The translations under genes were made by a program, and so were the position numbers. A stretch of DNA of 64,000 bases from Porphyridium purpureum (lineage: Eukaryota): contig VRMN01000004.1 in assembly GCA_008690995.1 (NCBI GenBank), positions 124,001 through 188,000 on the forward strand, read 5' to 3'. A model generated the notes under the pieces. The model saw only the letters and a program-made list of their open reading frames with translations. It was not told the DNA's origin and ran no database searches. Shown here one piece after another: positions 10,919 through 21,342 of this stretch (the first letter of the stretch is position 1; every line of letters begins with the position of its first letter).

Positions 10919-11611
10919 TCACATTCTTTGATGTACACCCGCTAGCGAAGTCGCTTTCTGTTCAGCCTGTGGCGTATGTTGACCCCACAGCGCGACCGGC
11001 TGTCTGAGAGACGCCTGCGCCAACTGCTGCGGACTCGGAAGGGGAGGAAATCGCGGTGTCTGTATTGCGGCATTCAGCCGATCCGCGATTCCTTGCGTGC
11101 TTTCATGCACAATGTCTGATACATCCCAGCGTCCGTCCTTGCGTGGCACAAGCGCGCCGTGCCTTTGCGCATGCCGCCTTGCATGCAGATGCTTGTGGGG
11201 TTTGAAAATGCCCGTAAGCATCCCATGCGAGGCTGGTCTCACCAGCGAGCTGGGACCGGCACGCGCGGCGCCCAACGCACTACGCTGCTGATACTGCGTC
11301 TCGCGGACGGCCGCCACGGCCGCCACGGTGCCCGCCTGACCTGCGGGAACCTGTTCTGCGCTCACGCTCTCTGTGTGCGGGCGCTGCTGGGTGCTGGTTT
11401 GCTGTGCGCCACTCTGCAGCGACAGCACGTGCGCGGAGCGCTGCGCGCGGTCCTGTCTCTTCTGCTGCTTCAGCACCGCCAGCAGGCGCGAAAACGAGAC
11501 TTGCGTCTGCTTTGCCCACACTTCCGCGGACGGCGCGGTGCGCGCGGTCGCCGGACGCGAGGGCATCTTGGCCACATCGCACGCTCTGGGATGCATGTCT
11601 CCGTGCTGCAT
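10919..11611 (-). CDS. Hypothetical protein
   Basis: 230-aa ATG-initiated ORF, Q/A-rich, no recognised domain. Confidence 0.4.
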   Translation of the reverse strand: MQHGDMHPRACDVAKMPSRPATARTAPSAEVWAKQTQVSFSRLLAVLKQQKRQDRAQRSAHVLSLQSGAQQTSTQQRPHTESVSAEQVPAGQAGTVAAVAAVRETQYQQRSALGAARAGPSSLVRPASHGMLTGIFKPHKHLHARRHAQRHGALVPRKDGRWDVSDIVHESTQGIADRLNAAIQTPRFPPLPSPQQLAQASLRQPVALWGQHTPQAEQKATSLAGVHQRM

Positions 11612-12309
11612 ACGTCGCTCGTCGCTTCTTCAAACCCGACCACGTCTGCGAGCGGCAGCACCGCGCCCCCAGCTCTTCCCTTTCCACAGTCGACCCCAAC
11701 CCTTTCACCAACCCGGTCACGACGCGCACAACCTTATATCCACCCCTTACGCGCGCACCGCCACGACGCGACACCATCCGACGCGCAACGCCGCTCTAAC
11801 CCCCGCGCGCCTCGTTACTTGAGTCCGGGCCTTCCCGCTGCGCACTCTCTCACGCACGCGTACAAATTCCACGTCGTCACCGCCATGCTACGCGCACGCC
11901 ACGACGTGGCCATCGCGTGCACACCACAGCGAAGACCTTCGCACCCATGTAAACCGCGGCCTAACGTCTCTACGCGCCTTGTCGCCACATGCACGCGACG
12001 TGCAACCGGTGACAGATGCCCACGCGCCGCATCTTCACTCCTCCTGACGATGCACACACGCACACGCCTCGGGCAGCGCGTGTAACCAGCGTATGCGCGG
12101 CGTCGAAATGAATGCCACAAAAAGAAACCAAAAAAAAAAAAGCAAACGCACAGGTGTAAGTTGGGCACTGTACCTTAAAGAACAGAGGTCATTGCGGTTA
12201 CAGGAAACACACGGATCGAGCGCTTTCGGTCAAGTTTGCAGGTCATTGGTGGCTTGTTGGCGTTGCTTGCTTTGGCTTGGGATGGGGAGGTAGCTCCTCT
12301 CGGTTTTCT

Positions 12310-13629
12310 TTACTGTGTGCGGTCTTGCGATGATGGGTCGCGGTCGGTGTTGTTCTTGCTGATGTTGATGTTGCTGCTGCTGCTGCCGGAAAAGCCCGAG
12401 CTGAACGCAGAGCGCACGCTCGGTGGCCCCCGAGCGGGAGGGGCGCGCACCGCGTCTTCGCCGCCTGCGCTGGGCGTCGTCGTGCTGGCTGCATTGTCCG
12501 AGGCGCTCTCGCTGCTGCCAAAGCCAGAGCTGAACGCAGAGCGCATGCTCGGCGGGCCCTGGGCCGCCATGCGCTTCGCAGCATCGCTCACGGAAGACAC
12601 GCCCCGCCCGTACGTGCGTGAGCGCGCGCGCGCGCCGTACATAGGTGCCGCCAGCGCGTCGTCTGCGCCGGACGTATCTGAAGCCGGATCCAGGATCGAA
12701 AATTCATCGATGGTCAGCTCCAACTCCGGGTCAGGCACGCCAAAGCCCCGGCGCCGCTCGGTCGCAAAGGTCGAGTTGGCGTAGCCACCGAAACGCTTGA
12801 CCGTGCTTACTCGATTCACAATGTCCGGCCCGTCAAACGCAAACTTCTCCACAACCTCGCCTCCGTCGTACGGGGTCACAAGATTCAGGTCGTCTCCGTC
12901 GTCCAAAAAGTAGGTGCCCGCAATTTGCACAATTTCCGCGTACCCGCGATCGCGCAGGATGCGCCCGCGGCGCCCGTTGGACCCCTCGTCCGGCACCAGC
13001 GCAAACACCGTCGACCCTTCGTGACTCTCGCCCTCCTGGTCCCAGCCCATCTGCGCTTTCCAAGTCACGTAGCAACCGCCGACGGCCTGGTTCTCAGGCA
13101 ATTCATGCGCGACACACAACTCGCGGATCCGCTCGTCATCTGCCTCGAGGCACTGCATCGAGATATTCGACTCGCCCGTCTCAGCTCGGCGAAACGCAAG
13201 ATGGTGCGTGACTCGCCATGAAGTCCACTGCCCCTCGCGCTTGCGGAAGAACTCCATAGCGTCCTTCACACGCACTTTCTCCGAGGCGGGAAGCGTGGTG
13301 CCCGCCGCGCTAGCGTCGGCCGCACCGATGCGCGGCTTTGACTGCGCCTTGAAATAATCCGAGTTCACGTACTGTTCCAGCAGCTCCTCGGGCCAGTCCA
13401 TCTTGAGCGAACTTTTGAGCGCTTCCAGGTCATCTTTGCTTCCTGCCATAGCAACCGTCACCCTGCGCCCGCAGCCGCGCCGACTCGTGCGCGCGGCACG
13501 CAAACGCGCAGAACTCGAAGCATGCTGCACAAATTGCGCGTGCCTCGGCGCGTCCGCACCAGTGCCCGTTCCCGCGCACGCACCTCGCGCCCCTCCATAC
13601 CATACACACACGCTGCCGACAAACGCCAT
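12310..13629 (-). CDS. cpeS: CpcS/CpeS-family phycobiliprotein lyase, nucleus-encoded
   Basis: DAMEFFRKREGQWTSWRVTHHLAFRRAETGES and ILRDRGYAE are S/U-type lyase motifs; MAFVGSV transit-like start at ATG 13629. Confidence 0.85.
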   Translation of the reverse strand: MAFVGSVCVWYGGARGACAGTGTGADAPRHAQFVQHASSSARLRAARTSRRGCGRRVTVAMAGSKDDLEALKSSLKMDWPEELLEQYVNSDYFKAQSKPRIGAADASAAGTTLPASEKVRVKDAMEFFRKREGQWTSWRVTHHLAFRRAETGESNISMQCLEADDERIRELCVAHELPENQAVGGCYVTWKAQMGWDQEGESHEGSTVFALVPDEGSNGRRGRILRDRGYAEIVQIAGTYFLDDGDDLNLVTPYDGGEVVEKFAFDGPDIVNRVSTVKRFGGYANSTFATERRRGFGVPDPELELTIDEFSILDPASDTSGADDALAAPMYGARARSRTYGRGVSSVSDAAKRMAAQGPPSMRSAFSSGFGSSESASDNAASTTTPSAGGEDAVRAPPARGPPSVRSAFSSGFSGSSSSNINISKNNTDRDPSSQDRTQ

Positions 13630-14789
13630 TCCAGTCTCTGTCCCCGCCGCCGACACGACAATGTCCCGCCACGCACCTCACACACACAAACACACACAAA
13701 CTTCTCTCTCCACCGTCCTCTGCTTCAGCGCTCACACCTGCCCCGACCTCCTATCCCGCAAGCCCAAAGCACAAGCACTGTACCGGTGGGTGTTCTGCTG
13801 GCAATCTCAACCCGATGTCATGAACTGTACCAACACCCGTACCTCTCACTGTACACGCCGCTGAACCGCCCTCGGCTTACAGTTCCTTCAGTTGGATGCG
13901 GCTGTAAAAACCTTCCACTCTTACGAAAGTACACTTCTTTACGAAAGGTCAAAGGTGTAACTTTCACTCTCCTCTTTCTCAGCCCCTACCCTAGACGAAT
14001 TTACGGAAGGACGGTCTCTCTGGAAGATGGGTGGCTTAAGTAGTCGGAGGGATGTGAATCGGGGAGCCCGGCGCCGTGATCTCCGGTAGCAGCTTCGGCC
14101 TCGTTGCTCTCGCCGAGCTCCAGGGCTCCGTTGTGTACATGACTGCGAGGAAACAATAAGGATTGCGCTTGGTGTTCGCCGCCAGTGCAGAGCACTTTAT
14201 AAGTGCTGGTGTGGAGACCGCCGGCGGGCGGCTCTCCAGTTCTTTAGAGGCAAGAGGCTAGAGGCGTGCGGTGGAGTAAAGTGTTTGTTCTCCTTGTGTG
14301 TTGAGAGTTGCAAAGCGGGGCGGCAAGATCACGCGTCGGCGTGTGAGCGCCCATCACTCCGTCTAGCCCACCACCGAGCCGGTGGTACGCGCGCGCATCC
14401 CAAGCGGTCGGCGGAAGGGGAGAGGAAAGGTCACCGCGCGGACTTGATACGCTGCCGTGAGCTCGTCGCTGCGTCTTAGGGAACTTCGGGGGACTTTATT
14501 TCCCTGAAGTTGCCTAGGGTTATGAGCCCAGCTCGATCGGATCTCACGGTTATAAGCGTTCGTCTGGGCACTTGCTGACCATCTCTTCTTGCGATTCTTT
14601 GTTGTCCCCGGTGTTGTTCCGTTTCTTCCGTCGCAGCGTATTGTGTTGTTTCGGTGATCGACGGGTTGGTCGATACGGAGGCGCGACATGGATGATGACA
14701 GGGATGGGGGCCGCCTCCGCGAGCTCCAACAGAACGTGAGAACTCGACAGGTGCAGTAACAGGGTGCTGCAGGATTGTCGCAAGGCGAC

Positions 14790-16266
14790 ATGGAAGCTCT
14801 GGTGGCTGGACTGCGCACAGAGCTCGGTACGGATCTTCGAAATGCGAGTGAGCGCATTATGATCCTCGAGCAAGAACTCGCGCGAGAGCGGGCAGCGAGA
14901 GAGCACATGGGACCGCCCCATTTCTCAGCGAGTGCAGTCTCGCGCGTCGCAGGGCCAGCGCCAATGAAGGTGTTCACCGGAGCACGGGACGCGACAGAAA
15001 TTGCCACATGGGTTATGGACGTAAAGGAGCGGATCTACGAGCCGCTTCAAGAGGAAGCAGCTGCAAGCGGTCGCACCTGGGCGGCGTCGAGTGAGCGTTT
15101 GGCTGTGCGGACAGCGGCAACGTACCTGGAGGGGGATGCCAAAGCTTGGTACGTCCATCTGGCACAAAAGCCTGAGACGTTCTCGGACTTTTTGGGGGAG
15201 CTGACTGCGCGTTTTCGGCCGATGGACTTCGCCAAGAGGGCTCGAGACCAGCTGGCGGAGACGCGACAGGGAGACAAGAGTGTCGAAGATTACGTCGTTG
15301 CATTTGATTCGCTGTGTTTGAAAATCCCCGACATCGGCAGCGCTGAAAAGCTTGACCGATTTGTCCGGGGTCTAAACGAACGCGTTAGGATTGAGGTCTT
15401 GCTGAGACAGCCGTCGACCTACGAAGATGGGCTCACGAAGGCCCTCGACGTCGACTCGGTTTTGAAAACGGGTCAGCGCAGGATTGGGGGTCCTTCGTTC
15501 GGAAGCGGATCTGATGGCCGGGCACCTATGGAGTTAGGCGCCGCAGAACAGATGCAAAAGAAAAAGAAAATGAAATTTAAGAAAAAGCGCAGAGGGCGCA
15601 AGTCAAGGCAGAATGATGTCTGTCATGCATGCAAGAAGAAAGGACATTGGCAACGAGACTGCCCGGACGCGGAGACCGACGGCGTGGAACTTGAGCTGCT
15701 CCATGCTGAGCGCGGCATGGCCGGCGAAAAGGCTCTGTCTCTAGTGAAACGAAACGTGAGCGTGGACGGCGTCGCTGCCGTCGCCGTCGTAGACACTGGG
15801 GCGACGAATACCTTCTTGTCCTACTCTTTATGCCTTCGTGAAGGTATAAAGGTTGTGAAGCGTGCAACGCTTGCTGTTCGACTTGCGAATGGCTCTGTCA
15901 CCCGGGCGCGTGGGATAGCACGCGTCGTGATCGGAATGGCTGGGTTTCGCAACGCCCGTTTGACAGCGATTGTTCGCAGCGGCAAGCATGACGTGATTCT
16001 CGGGCTTGACTGGCTTCGAGCCCAAGGAGCTAGCTTGCGCGTTGGAGGACAAGAGTTCCTGCAGACAGAGGTCGTTTGTCTGAACAAAATCGACCATGAA
16101 GTGAGAACAAGATCTGGCGCCGCACGCAGTGGAGTAGACGGGGGTGCCGAAAGCTTATGTCAAGATTCCACCCGTGAATCCGCAGGGAGTACCGGTTCCG
16201 CTATAACGTGCGAGGAATCCGATTCAGGCGATGATCTTTCAGATACTGGGGTCGAGGGAGTGAAAG
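14790..16266 (+). CDS. gag-pol: Element B polyprotein, N-terminal part (Gag, zinc knuckle, aspartic protease)
   Basis: YLEGDAKAWY, QGDKSVEDY, FVRGL, PMELG, CHACKKKGHWQRDC, VDTGATNTF, DVILGLDWL; interrupted by C. Confidence 0.85.
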
Positions 16267-17323
16267 TGTCACGAACCGTGCTGGCCCAGGACACAGCGGC
16301 ACACCCAACAGCAAGCCAAGCGGCACACGCACGCACACAAGCTGGACAATCCACGCAACCAAGAGGAAACACAAGACACCCGCAGCCAACTGGACCTGCG
16401 GCAGGCAGGAAACCCGGAACCAACGACGCTCACGCACGCTGTTCACACGCAAACAGCCAAGAGCACTCACACACGGGACCGACAGAACCAACCAAGAGCA
16501 GACACACGGGAAAGACACAGCCAACCAAGAGCACACGCACGGAGCAGGCACAGCCAACCAAAAGCACACACACGGAAGACGCGCGTAACGGGGGAACCAG
16601 GCGTCCGCTGCCCAACCGGGATCCCGTTCGGCCACACCTTACGGTGATCCGGGACCCGGGGAGGCGTTGTGGGCAGCCGGGGTTAGCCGGAGGAGGTTGC
16701 CTCACCTTTCGGCTTCAAACGGCCTATCACTCCTTTATCCGCCCCCGCCCACGTACCACCCCCGGATCCGCTTCCGAACAAGGACCGTCTAATGACGCCT
16801 TACCCCAGGGCATCCGCGAACCTTCCCCGTTAAACCCCCCGCTCGCTCGCTCGCGCTGTACTCCCGCCGTACCCCCGCCGTACCCCCGCTGTACTCCCGC
16901 TGTACCCCCGCTGTACCCCCGCTCCCTCAACAGGTACCCAAGGCCCGAACACGCTTCCTTGAATACACCTGTTTTTACTTAGATCCACCTTCACCCTTCT
17001 GTCTCCCGACCCCCCTCTCCCCTCCTTGGTTGCCGACCCGCGCGTCTTTTTATACCCATCGCGACCACTGTACCCCCGAGGTACAGTGCCTTGCTGTCGC
17101 TGAGTCTAGAACCTTCCAGAAGGTTCCAGCCACCGCCTGGCTGTACACCCATTCCATACTGGGTGGTCATCGCGCGTCTGGTCCCTAAGGGAAGGGGCCT
17201 TCAGGCCTACCACGCGCCCCCTTGTACACCTACAGTACAGTGGGTCCGGCGCGACCAGGTATCCGGCCACGGACTATGGCTATTTTTAATCATTTCCTTA
17301 ACACACGGGCTACTCCCGTGACA
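16267..17323 (-). repeat. LTR of C (3' LTR)
   Basis: TGTCACG...CGTGACA, 1057 bp; internal TGTACCCCCG and CAGCCAACCAAGAGCA subrepeats; TATAAAA on the minus strand. Confidence 0.95.
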
Positions 17324-17562
17324 TCCCACCCTCTCCGCTTCCCAATGTCAGGTATCACATGGTCCGAAGCTTCCGGAGAGTCACTTCATACTTACAGCAC
17401 ATGCCAATGCTTGACGCGTCCGGCATCCACGTCTCAAGCTCCATGTCGCCCGTGCACTGGCCATCGGCTTCGTGTGCCCGTCTTGGCAACGTAAGTACTC
17501 GAAGAGGACGTCCGTCCACGTGGCCCTCCACCCGGCCGGTGTGTCCGAGGTTCCGCCACTGG

Positions 17563-20500
17563 TCACGCGTCACGGTAGGCAGCCACCATCATTGGTGGCA
17601 ATGCGAGCTCAGGTTCCCACGTATCCCCACGTTTACCGAGTCCTCGCCATCTAACTCTGTACTCTCGGCGTCCGCCCACAACCCGATCCCCGGCTATAGC
17701 CTCTATAGCCCAGCTGCCGTCTTCTCCTTGCAAGACTTGGGATCCACTTGCCTCAAGGAGGTCCTTGTGGGCCCGAGCAAGCCGGTTCACGTGGACCAAC
17801 TTCCCGTCAGGATGGCCTTCACTGCACAGTACTGCATGAACCCCGACCATTCTCAGGATGGATAGTGGTCCTACCCACGGCTTTTTCAGCTTGCGCCCTT
17901 CTCCTGAAGGCGGCGCCCAAACGTACACCACGTCGCCCGGCTTGAAGTCATGTTCCCTGACTCGGCGATCATAGTTCTTCGTGTACCGATCCTGTGCGAT
18001 CTTCGCATTCTTATTGGCAATGGCGTGACATGCAGCAAGCTTCTTCGCGAGGTCATCTGCTTGTTCAACAGCTCTGGGTCCCGCCATACTTGCCCAGTCC
18101 CGCGCCGGCTCACCATACAACAGTTCAAACGGAGACATCTTCGTGGATGCATGCCGGGCTGTATTATACGCATACACCATTACCGACAACCAGCGATCCC
18201 AGTCTTTTCCGTTCGCACACACGTATGCCGACAACATTTGACACACTGTCTGGTTAAAGCGCTCCACAACCCCGTTCGTCTGCGGATGGTATGCTGTCGT
18301 AAGCATACGTCCTACACCCAGATTTTCACACATTTTTGAAAGGATGTCGGCTACAAAGCCCGGTCCCCGGTCGGACAGCAGAGACTCTGGCGGTCCAAAA
18401 TCGCACACCCAACCGTCTAGGAAAACACGTGCCAGTGTAGCCGCAGTCTCATCCTTGACTGCATGGGCACGAACCCACTTTGTGAAGGCGTCCACCATGA
18501 TTACCACTTTGCTGTGCCCGCGAGTTGTTGTCGGTGTGATACTCAGAACATCTATCGAGACAATCTCGAAACGTCTCACCGCGCGATAGACTTGCATGCG
18601 AGCCCTTCTCGGGGGCGCCTTTGTTTTCCTTGAAAAGCACTCATGGCAACAAAGAACAAACTGACGAACATCTTCCGTCCAACCGGTCCACCAGTATCGT
18701 GCATCCGAGACCCGCTTTGCAGTCTTTTCTATTCCAAGGTGCCCTGAAAGTGGCGTGCTGGGATACACATGCAGAACGCGCTGCACCAGAGCGTTTGGTA
18801 TCACGACCCTGGACTCATCGCGAAGCATAGCCCAGATGACTCCATCCTCATCAACGGTGTACTCCGGGTACGTGTATTCGGGCTTGTCTGCTTTCAGATT
18901 CTTCAACTGTTCCTGAATGTCCGTGTCGTCTGCGTATGCAGCCACGATCTCTTCCATCGAAGGTGGTGTGTACGCATCGTTCGCTCCTGTATGCTCGCCA
19001 GTATGAAGCAGCAGCTCTCGCACTCCGGCCGATGTGACAGGGACCATACCCCCATCGGCCCCCGAAGCTGGACCCTGAATCTCTTCCTGCAGCATTTCAG
19101 CCAACCGAACTACCCACTTCACTTCCTCATCCTCAACAGCATTCAGTCCAATGAGCTCGATTTCGCTCGTGTTGTTGAGAGTCTCAGACTTATTGCTCTC
19201 GCTCGCCACCCGAGCCTCTTCCCCATTCATACGTACAGCTGGACGCGAAAGCGCATCTGCCACTGTATTCGCCTTGCCCGGATGATGCTGAACCTGGAAG
19301 TCGAAGTCCTGTACCTTGAGAATCCATCGCGCAATCCGACCTTGAGGCTCCTTTTGCCTCATGAGCCAGCTCAATGCGCTGTGGTCAGTCATGAGCACGA
19401 ATCGTTTGCCGTACAAGTAATGCCTGAAGTGCTCCATGGCTGCAATGGCGGCCAAGCACTCCTTCTCCGTCACGGTATAGTTCTGCTCGGCCGGTCTCAG
19501 AAGCCTCGAGTAAAATGCCACTGGACGATCGCCAGTACCCTCTCTCTGCGTCAACATTGCTCCCAAGCCAGTGCTAGAAGCGTCTGTCCACAGCGTATGC
19601 TCTGCTTCTGGGTCGTATGCAGCCAAAACCTTTCGATCTCCAGTTTCTGGATCGCTGAGTGCTTCCCGAAGCGACAGAAACGCCTGACTCTGAGGCTCAC
19701 CAAATCGTGCCTGCCAATCCGCCGAGTTCATAGGGTATTTCTTCCACTTGCTTCCTTTGGCGTTGATTTGAAGCCCCTTCATAGCATCCCTAAGAGGTCT
19801 GCAGACTTCCTCAAATCCCTCGATAAAATTGCGGAACCACCCCACGAGCCCAATGAACTGCTGCAGTTCCTTTGCATTCCTCGGCTCCTGCCATGCTCGC
19901 ACAGCCTCCGTCTTCCTCTGGCTCGGCCTTATACCGTCCAGGCCGATATCATGTCCAAGAAACTCGACCCTTAAAGCCCCAAATCTGCACTTCGACAATG
20001 AGAACACCAAGCCCGCAGCGCAGAATTGCTCCAGCACCCGCTGCAGCGCTTGCAAGTGCTCTTCAAACGTCTTTGTCCCGATTGCCAAATCATCAATGTA
20101 AACCAATGCATTCAGGTACCTGAGCGGGCCCAGGACCGTATTTGTCAATCGCTGGAAGGTACTTGGGCTATTACAGCAACCCTGAGGTAATCGGCAGTAT
20201 TGAAACAGCCCGTCCGGAGTGATAATCGCTGTCAATGGTCGGCTCTCGGGGGCCAGAGGGACCTGGAAGAAGCCATCCTTCAGATCCAGGATACTCTTGA
20301 ACTTCCACGATGCAAACCAGTCGATCATCTCTCCCACGTCCGGAATGGGATATCGATCTTTGACAGTCGCATCATTAAGCGTTCGGAAGTCTGTCGTCAG
20401 ACGCCAGCCGCCTTTCGGCTTCTTGACCATGACATTCTGGCTCGACACATCTGACAAACTCGGCTCCAGCACTCCTCGGGCGACCAGCCCTTGCACCATC

Positions 20501-21342
20501 TCGCGCTCAGCCTGCGTCACCGCAGGAGCCCTGCGACGTAACCTTGCCCTGGGGAGATCCTCCAAACGCTCTGGCTTGATGCGGATCGTATGCTCGACGA
20601 GGTCTGTCTTACCCAGCTCCGGCCGGAAGAGAACCCAAAACTTCTTCAAGAGCCCCTTCATCTCCCTGCTTTGCGCTTCATCCAAATGCTCAAAGATCTT
20701 GGCTTCAATGGTAGAACAAACAGCCTCGTTGTGACCTGCATACTTTTCTTCGAGGGCCTGGATTCGCTTCTTCACTTCTGCTCCATCAGCAATATAGTGC
20801 ACCGCCTCCAACTGCACCGTGGGTTTGGCTTCCTCATACATCGATCCCAGGATCCTGTGTCTTTCCAGGCATGTATGACACACGGCTTCCTGTGTACTGG
20901 AAACGTCTCGGTTGACAAAAGTAATCCATCCGCCCGAGCGTAGGCCCAGACCCTTTCCCGGGATCAAGCAACTGACATGCTTGGCAAGAAAACGCATTCC
21001 CAGTATGAGATCAGGTCCGAGGTTCCTCATAATCCGGACGCTTTCCTCCGACTGAATTCCCTCACCAACCCAAATTGTGGCAACGCTCTCCTCGGCCTCC
21101 CCCAACACCTCATTGGTTGGACCCAATGCCTGTGTGTGGGTCTTTCTACGAAGAAGCCCAAGACGGTCAGCCAAATCGTCGTTCATCCACGTGGATAAAG
21201 CCCCCGTATCAACCAGCGCAGTAGTCCGAACCTTCAGGACTCCCCATTCAGCCTGTACGTCTATCCATGGATACGAGCCCAGTGGGACTGCCTCCGACAA
21301 TTCTTCAGATTCCGGGGGGCCTTCGCATCCCCCCGCTACTCG
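17563..21342 (-). CDS. pol: Pol of C copy 1 (PR-RT-RH-INT-chromodomain), -1 frame to gag
   Basis: LVDTGA, LPQG, YIDD, TDAS, SDRG, ERFN, C-terminal YRVRWRGL..DTWEPE. Confidence 0.95.
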   Translation of the reverse strand, partial: RVAGGCEGPPESEELSEAVPLGSYPWIDVQAEWGVLKVRTTALVDTGALSTWMNDDLADRLGLLRRKTHTQALGPTNEVLGEAEESVATIWVGEGIQSEESVRIMRNLGPDLILGMRFLAKHVSCLIPGKGLGLRSGGWITFVNRDVSSTQEAVCHTCLERHRILGSMYEEAKPTVQLEAVHYIADGAEVKKRIQALEEKYAGHNEAVCSTIEAKIFEHLDEAQSREMKGLLKKFWVLFRPELGKTDLVEHTIRIKPERLEDLPRARLRRRAPAVTQAEREMVQGLVARGVLEPSLSDVSSQNVMVKKPKGGWRLTTDFRTLNDATVKDRYPIPDVGEMIDWFASWKFKSILDLKDGFFQVPLAPESRPLTAIITPDGLFQYCRLPQGCCNSPSTFQRLTNTVLGPLRYLNALVYIDDLAIGTKTFEEHLQALQRVLEQFCAAGLVFSLSKCRFGALRVEFLGHDIGLDGIRPSQRKTEAVRAWQEPRNAKELQQFIGLVGWFRNFIEGFEEVCRPLRDAMKGLQINAKGSKWKKYPMNSADWQARFGEPQSQAFLSLREALSDPETGDRKVLAAYDPEAEHTLWTDASSTGLGAMLTQREGTGDRPVAFYSRLLRPAEQNYTVTEKECLAAIAAMEHFRHYLYGKRFVLMTDHSALSWLMRQKEPQGRIARWILKVQDFDFQVQHHPGKANTVADALSRPAVRMNGEEARVASESNKSETLNNTSEIELIGLNAVEDEEVKWVVRLAEMLQEEIQGPASGADGGMVPVTSAGVRELLLHTGEHTGANDAYTPPSMEEIVAAYADDTDIQEQLKNLKADKPEYTYPEYTVDEDGVIWAMLRDESRVVIPNALVQRVLHVYPSTPLSGHLGIEKTAKRVSDARYWWTGWTEDVRQFVLCCHECFSRKTKAPPRRARMQVYRAVRRFEIVSIDVLSITPTTTRGHSKVVIMVDAFTKWVRAHAVKDETAATLARVFLDGWVCDFGPPESLLSDRGPGFVADILSKMCENLGVGRMLTTAYHPQTNGVVERFNQTVCQMLSAYVCANGKDWDRWLSVMVYAYNTARHASTKMSPFELLYGEPARDWASMAGPRAVEQADDLAKKLAACHAIANKNAKIAQDRYTKNYDRRVREHDFKPGDVVYVWAPPSGEGRKLKKPWVGPLSILRMVGVHAVLCSEGHPDGKLVHVNRLARAHKDLLEASGSQVLQGEDGSWAIEAIAGDRVVGGRREYRVRWRGLGKRGDTWEPELALPPMMVAAYRDA

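Noticed and set aside
14144..14516. Nested B having more divergent LTRs (about 9/373) than its host A (about 5/277)
   Set aside because: The difference is within sampling noise for such short LTRs.
16856..16922. TGTACCCCCGC short repeats as a possible CRISPR-like array
   Set aside because: 10-11-bp tandem units without unique spacers, inside an LTR of a eukaryotic retrotransposon.
14775..16982. 735-aa ORF as a single protein, and the first 79 aa of ORF 29472-32663
   Set aside because: Both are chance read-throughs between element B and the inserted LTRs of C.
18769..19974. Long antisense ORFs over the pol and gag of C (401 aa and 326 aa)
   Set aside because: Shadow frames of GC-rich coding sequence with no motifs.
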